From positions 293,942,001 through 294,006,000 of the forward strand of contig OZ024740.1 in NCBI GenBank assembly GCA_964016885.1: a stretch of DNA of 64,000 nt, given 5' to 3'. Position numbers and translations under genes: made by a program. This DNA comes from Eledone cirrhosa (taxonomy: Eukaryota). Positions 59,954-64,000 of the stretch are shown one piece after another. The notes below the pieces were generated by a model. It saw nothing but the letters and a program-made list of their open reading frames with translations, did not search any database and had not been told where the DNA came from. Numbering within the stretch: the stretch's first letter is position 1; every line of letters starts with the position of its first letter.

Positions 59954-60005
59954 CATCATCATTGTTGTTTTAACATCTGTTTTCCCTGCTAGCAAGAGTT
60001 GGATG
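59954..60005 (-). mobile_element. Short remnant of the RTE-type 3' tail
   Basis: Reverse complement catccaactcttgctagcagggaaaacagatgttaaaacaacaatgatgatg resembles the tails at 62930-62988 and 63512-63572. Confidence 0.6.
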
Positions 60006-60125
60006 AGTCTATACAGACCAAGTCAGTATATGTATGTATGCATTCGATGTTCAGAGAGTGAAATTGGCCCCGTGCAAAGCTTTTTCTCACTTAAAAAGCT
60101 TTAAGCACGAGCATTGCTTGATTGG

Positions 60126-60300
60126 ATTGGCAGTATCGGTAGAGGGTCAGACGGCATGCTTTCCAGGATAGTTACGTCCCTTAACGATCTGAGTTTAAAT
60201 CCTGCCGAGGTTGACTTTGCCTTTCATCCTTACGGTAAAATAAATTACCAGTAATGCACTGGGTAATTGCTGGCCTTGTGCCAAAAGTAGAAACAATTAT
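60126..60300 (+). mobile_element. tRNA-derived SINE, short subtype
   Basis: TGGCAGTATCGG, GAGTTTAAATCC, core TTTGCCTTTCATCCTTACGG and shared tail. Confidence 0.88.
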
Positions 60301-61485
60301 TTGTCATCTATGGTATTGCTGGCCATAGACAAGTCCCAAGCAGGACTAAAAAGCCACATCCATGATGCTCATGCTTAAGTATCAAGTGAAGGCATTACTC
60401 AAAATCAAGTTGCAACCATCATCATCATTATGTATGTATGTAGTTACATGAGTGTGATTTCATATTACAAAAGAATGAGCCCTCCATTTAATACATGGCA
60501 TTAGTAGCACATTAAAAAAACTATCAATTTCATAGACAATGTTGACAAAGGCACATATTCTCCATTATCAGAAGTTATATGTATGTCTTATCATAGCTAA
60601 TCATTGGTCTTCAGAGTGCATGTCTTTTCAATGTCTATGAAACTGATAGTTCTTGAATGTACAATTTATACCATGCATATTTATCAGTTATTCTTAGTTA
60701 AAAGAACAAAGAAGACTATATTCATTGAAGTAATAATTACATTATTAATATGTAGAATTTATATATTTATTGAAATCATTTTATGTAGAAATCACCCATT
60801 TCGATCCATGTTATGTTAATTAGCTCATTCTGATAACCTAACATGGTGTGGATTAAAATGAATGAATCGAACTGTACAACAATGCTTCCAGCTTGTGTGT
60901 TTGTGTACTTATATGCATGTGAGCATGCATATATGAAGAGAATGAAACAGATTTGGTAAATTTCTCATGAATAAATCAACCAAGAAATAGCTAGATTAAG
61001 CGATAAATCCAACTGCTTAAATTTAAAAAGTCTATATATTGATTTACTTCTTTAAAATTCTCTGTGGTGCAATGAATAATGTGATCACCTTTGAGTCTCA
61101 ACAGTGGTCTGTTCTTTTTTGTTTCAAATTGGTGCTTATGATGTTTAATGTAAGAAAGAAACTGTTTATTAAACACATTAATTTAAACTTGAAGTTCTTG
61201 TTATTTGACAAACTATATTTGCTGTTTATTCTAAATTTATAGATTTAATAACTGTTTATCAATACTGCAATTTACAAATACTGGAATATTTGCAACAGTT
61301 TTATTTCAAAAATATCTACTAAAATCTGAGCACTATAATTGGTCCCACTTTTATATTATATTCATTTTAACAAATTGATGGGAAAAATATTTTACATGAG
61401 GATATTCAGTCATATGTAAATCAATATTAAGTCAATAAGAAGCTTTTTTTTAATATTAGAAAATTATGGAATTTATATTTATATA

Positions 61486-62988
61486 AAGCCATGTATAAAG
61501 AAACGGTCAGCAAGATTAGAATTAACAACGAATATAGTGAAGAGTTTAGCATAAAAGTTGTTCATCAGGGCTCCGTCCTTAGCCTCCTCCTATTTATTAT
61601 CGCCCTCCAAGCTATAACGGAGGAGTTCAAGACCGGCTGCCCATGGGAACTTCTATATGCAGATGATCTAATGCTCATAGCTGAACCAGAGAAGAAATTC
61701 CAAACATGGAAGCATGGCCTAGTATCAAAAGGGCTTAAAGTTAACTTGTCTAAGACTAAAGTCCTAATATGTAGGAAGGAGAGTAAGGCACTGGTCCCAT
61801 CTGGGAAATGGCCATGCTCAGTGTGTAGGAAAGGAGTAGGTAGAAACTCCATTTTATCTCCCAAATGCAAGGTATGGGTGCATAAAAGATGTAGTGGGAT
61901 CACAGGTAAGCTAACTAAGAATATAGATTTTATATGTGGCCGGTGCTCAGGTGCAATAAGTAGCAGCAAGTGCCCACAGAATACTAGCTCATTCCTTTGC
62001 CCAGATGGTTCTATAGAAATAGTGGACACTTTCCGTTACCTGGGTGACAAAATCAGCAGTGGTGGAGGGTGCTCCGAAAGTACAGTAGCTTGAGTCCGAA
62101 CGGGATGGAAAAAGTTCAGAGAGCTTATACCACTATTGGCCGCTAAAGGTTTCTCTCTAAAAATAAAAGGCAGGCTGTATGATGCCTGCATACGAACAGC
62201 GATGTTACATGGCAGTGAGACATGGGCCTTGTGTGCAGAGGATATACACAGACTGGAGAGGAACGAAGCTTGCATGCTCCGTTGGATGTGTAATAGTAAT
62301 ATACGTGAACGGCAAAGCATAAATGAACTAAGTGAGAAATTAGGAATAAGAGGGATCAGACGCTGTTTACTCGAGAGAAGACTATGTTGGTATGGTCACG
62401 TGATGCGCATGAAAGATGACAGCTGTATAAAAAAGTGCGGGCGATCAAAATAGACGGTAGCTACGGAGTAGGCAGACCCAGAAAAACTTGGGACGACTTG
62501 ATAAAATCCGACCTCACACACTTACACCTCTCCAAGACAATGTCACTGGACCAAGATCTTTGGCGCTACACAGTAATACAGAAGACCCGCCTTGCCTAAG
62601 TACAAAGCAAAACCTACAGTCAGTAGGCACCTCTTAACCAAAATACACCCCCATCCCTCTACCCCCACCGCCATCTACACCACCCCTTTCGATTGTAAAG
62701 CTATGTTGGTACCACAACATCCAGTCCTAAATAAATGAGGTCGTGTAGATGTCACAACAAAAAAACACACAGTCCACGCTGTAATGTGTCCGTGTAGGTA
62801 ACACGGTAAAAACCTCCCAGTCCACACTGTAAACGTGGTTGGTGTTAGGAAGGGCATCCAGCCATAGAAAACCCGCCAGACAGTCCTGAGCAAGACAACC
62901 AATCTTGCCCCAAGTGGGACAATTCCCGTCCAGACCCATGCTAGCATGGAGGATGGACGTTAAACAATGATGATGATGATGATGATGA
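61486..62988 (+). mobile_element. 5'-truncated RTE-clade LINE: reverse transcriptase C-terminal half (disrupted), 3' region and (GAT)n tail
   Basis: HQGSVLS, LLYADDL, FRYLGD, GWKKFREL, HGSETW, MLRWMC, WYGHVMR and GRPRKTW motifs; in-frame TGA at 62091-62093 and frameshift near 62440; ORF ends TAA 62597-62599; palindrome CCATGCTAGCATGG 62936-62949 before atgatgatg tail. The 3' part may be a separate abutting non-autonomous element. Confidence 0.92.
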
Positions 62989-63164
62989 TAAAATTATATT
63001 AAAATAAAGTATCTCCTTAGAGTCGTATCAACAAAAATGCTCTATAAAGCCATCCACAGAAATATTACTGTTAGAACAAAACATTTTTAAATGGCTAATT
63101 TCATATATTTAAATGTTTAAATTATTTAATATTTCTACCTTTTAGTTTTCCAGATTTTTGTAAA

Positions 63165-63572
63165 GTAGTTGTGTAGATGTCACCACAAAAAACACCCAGT
63201 CCACACTGTAAAGTGGTCATGTAGGTGCCACAATAAAAAGCACCCAGTATACACTGTAAATGAAGTTGTGTAGGTGTCACAACAAAAAACACACAGCCCA
63301 CACTGTAAAGTGGTTATGAAAGAGTCACAACAAAAAGCACCCAGTCCACACTGTAAAGTGGTCATGTCGGTGTCATGACAAAAAAACCCAGCCCACACTA
63401 TAAATGTGGTTGGCGTTAGAAAGGGCATCCAGCCATAGAAACCAACCCCAAATCGGTTCTGTATGAGCAAGACATGGTCATATGACTTCAGTTTGCCTCA
63501 AATAGGACAACCCATCTAACCCATGCTAGCATGGAAAATAAACATTAAATGATGATGATGATTATGATGATT
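63165..63572 (+). mobile_element. Non-autonomous element sharing the RTE-type 3' end, with five ~48-bp tandem units
   Basis: cactgtaaa anchors at 63204, 63252, 63301, 63349, 63396; then GGTTGGCGTTAGAAAGGGCATCCAGCCATAGAAA, CCATGCTAGCATGG (63521-63534) and a (GAT)n tail, as at 62836-62988. Confidence 0.87.
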
Positions 63573-63939
63573 TATTGAAATATTTTAACAATTGATTAAA
63601 CAAATATGTTTGCTTTCTCATGTATTGAAACCCATTCGGCCAGAACTCTCTCACTTCTTTCTGTTCAAACTGGCTTAACTGGCCACTTATACTGATGTTA
63701 AGGTATTGTTCTCATAATAAATATCAAAATCTCATAGATGCAATATTATGAGATAATTATGTGAGATAAAGTGTTTACTGTGAAAATACAATAGTATATA
63801 GAGTAATGTGAATGCTAAAGGGTTAAGCACTATAACACAAAAGTAAATGTAATGAGAGACAAGAGGCTACAGTGTTTGGCATTCAAGCAGACAATGTACA
63901 TTTTGAGGACTCTTCAGTTTGGCCTAGCATGTGACAACC

Positions 63940-64000
63940 TCTCTAGTGCTGGAGCCATGCTAAAACATACTTAGTAAACCCTGTAAAGTATTAGTGTTGG
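63940..64000 (+). mobile_element. Possible older diverged copy of the same family running off the window edge
   Basis: gccatgctaaaacatacttagtaaaccctgtaaagtattagtgttgg loosely aligns to gccacaataaaaagcacccagtatacactgtaaa..gtggttggcgttag. Confidence 0.4.

Noticed and set aside
57930-61242. Short ORFs in the AT-rich region as host exons
   Set aside because: They overlap SINEs or microsatellites or have no recognisable motifs; no convincing splice structure; small exons cannot be excluded without RNA data
61565-63470. Minus-strand ORFs over the LINE and the 48-bp repeats
   Set aside because: Antisense shadows of the RTE ORF and of tandem repeats

Overview
Eukaryotic (metazoan) non-genic DNA with no intact protein-coding gene that I can support. 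Bases 1 to ~53,807 are one giant, same-orientation, T/G-rich satellite of ~19-20 bp monomers (T5-6-ATTT-GG plus a variable GC-rich core ending CC(G/A)). It switches abruptly at ~14,690 from a GGGTGCCCCG-type domain (A) to a GGGGATCCG/GGGTGTCCG-type domain (B) and contains nested near-identical duplications of 0.18-4.4 kb. All the F/G/L/W/V-rich ORFs in it are compositional artefacts. The last ~10 kb is a cluster of degraded transposable elements: a fold-back MITE at the array edge, a probable LTR with a tRNA-Trp primer-binding site, a decayed hAT transposase, a CRE-like restriction-endonuclease retroposon fragment, five tRNA-derived SINE copies, a 5'-truncated RTE-clade LINE and derivatives of its 3' end. 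From memory these SINE/RTE families resemble those of octopus/cephalopod genomes (inference, not verified). The most striking local structure is a 287-bp piece of domain-B satellite inserted, with an exact 13-bp flanking duplication, into a 63-bp hairpin-bearing repeat. An 18-bp motif of that repeat recurs inverted 2.5 kb away, bracketing the LTR/hAT/CRE mosaic. Coordinates were read by eye and boundaries are approximate.
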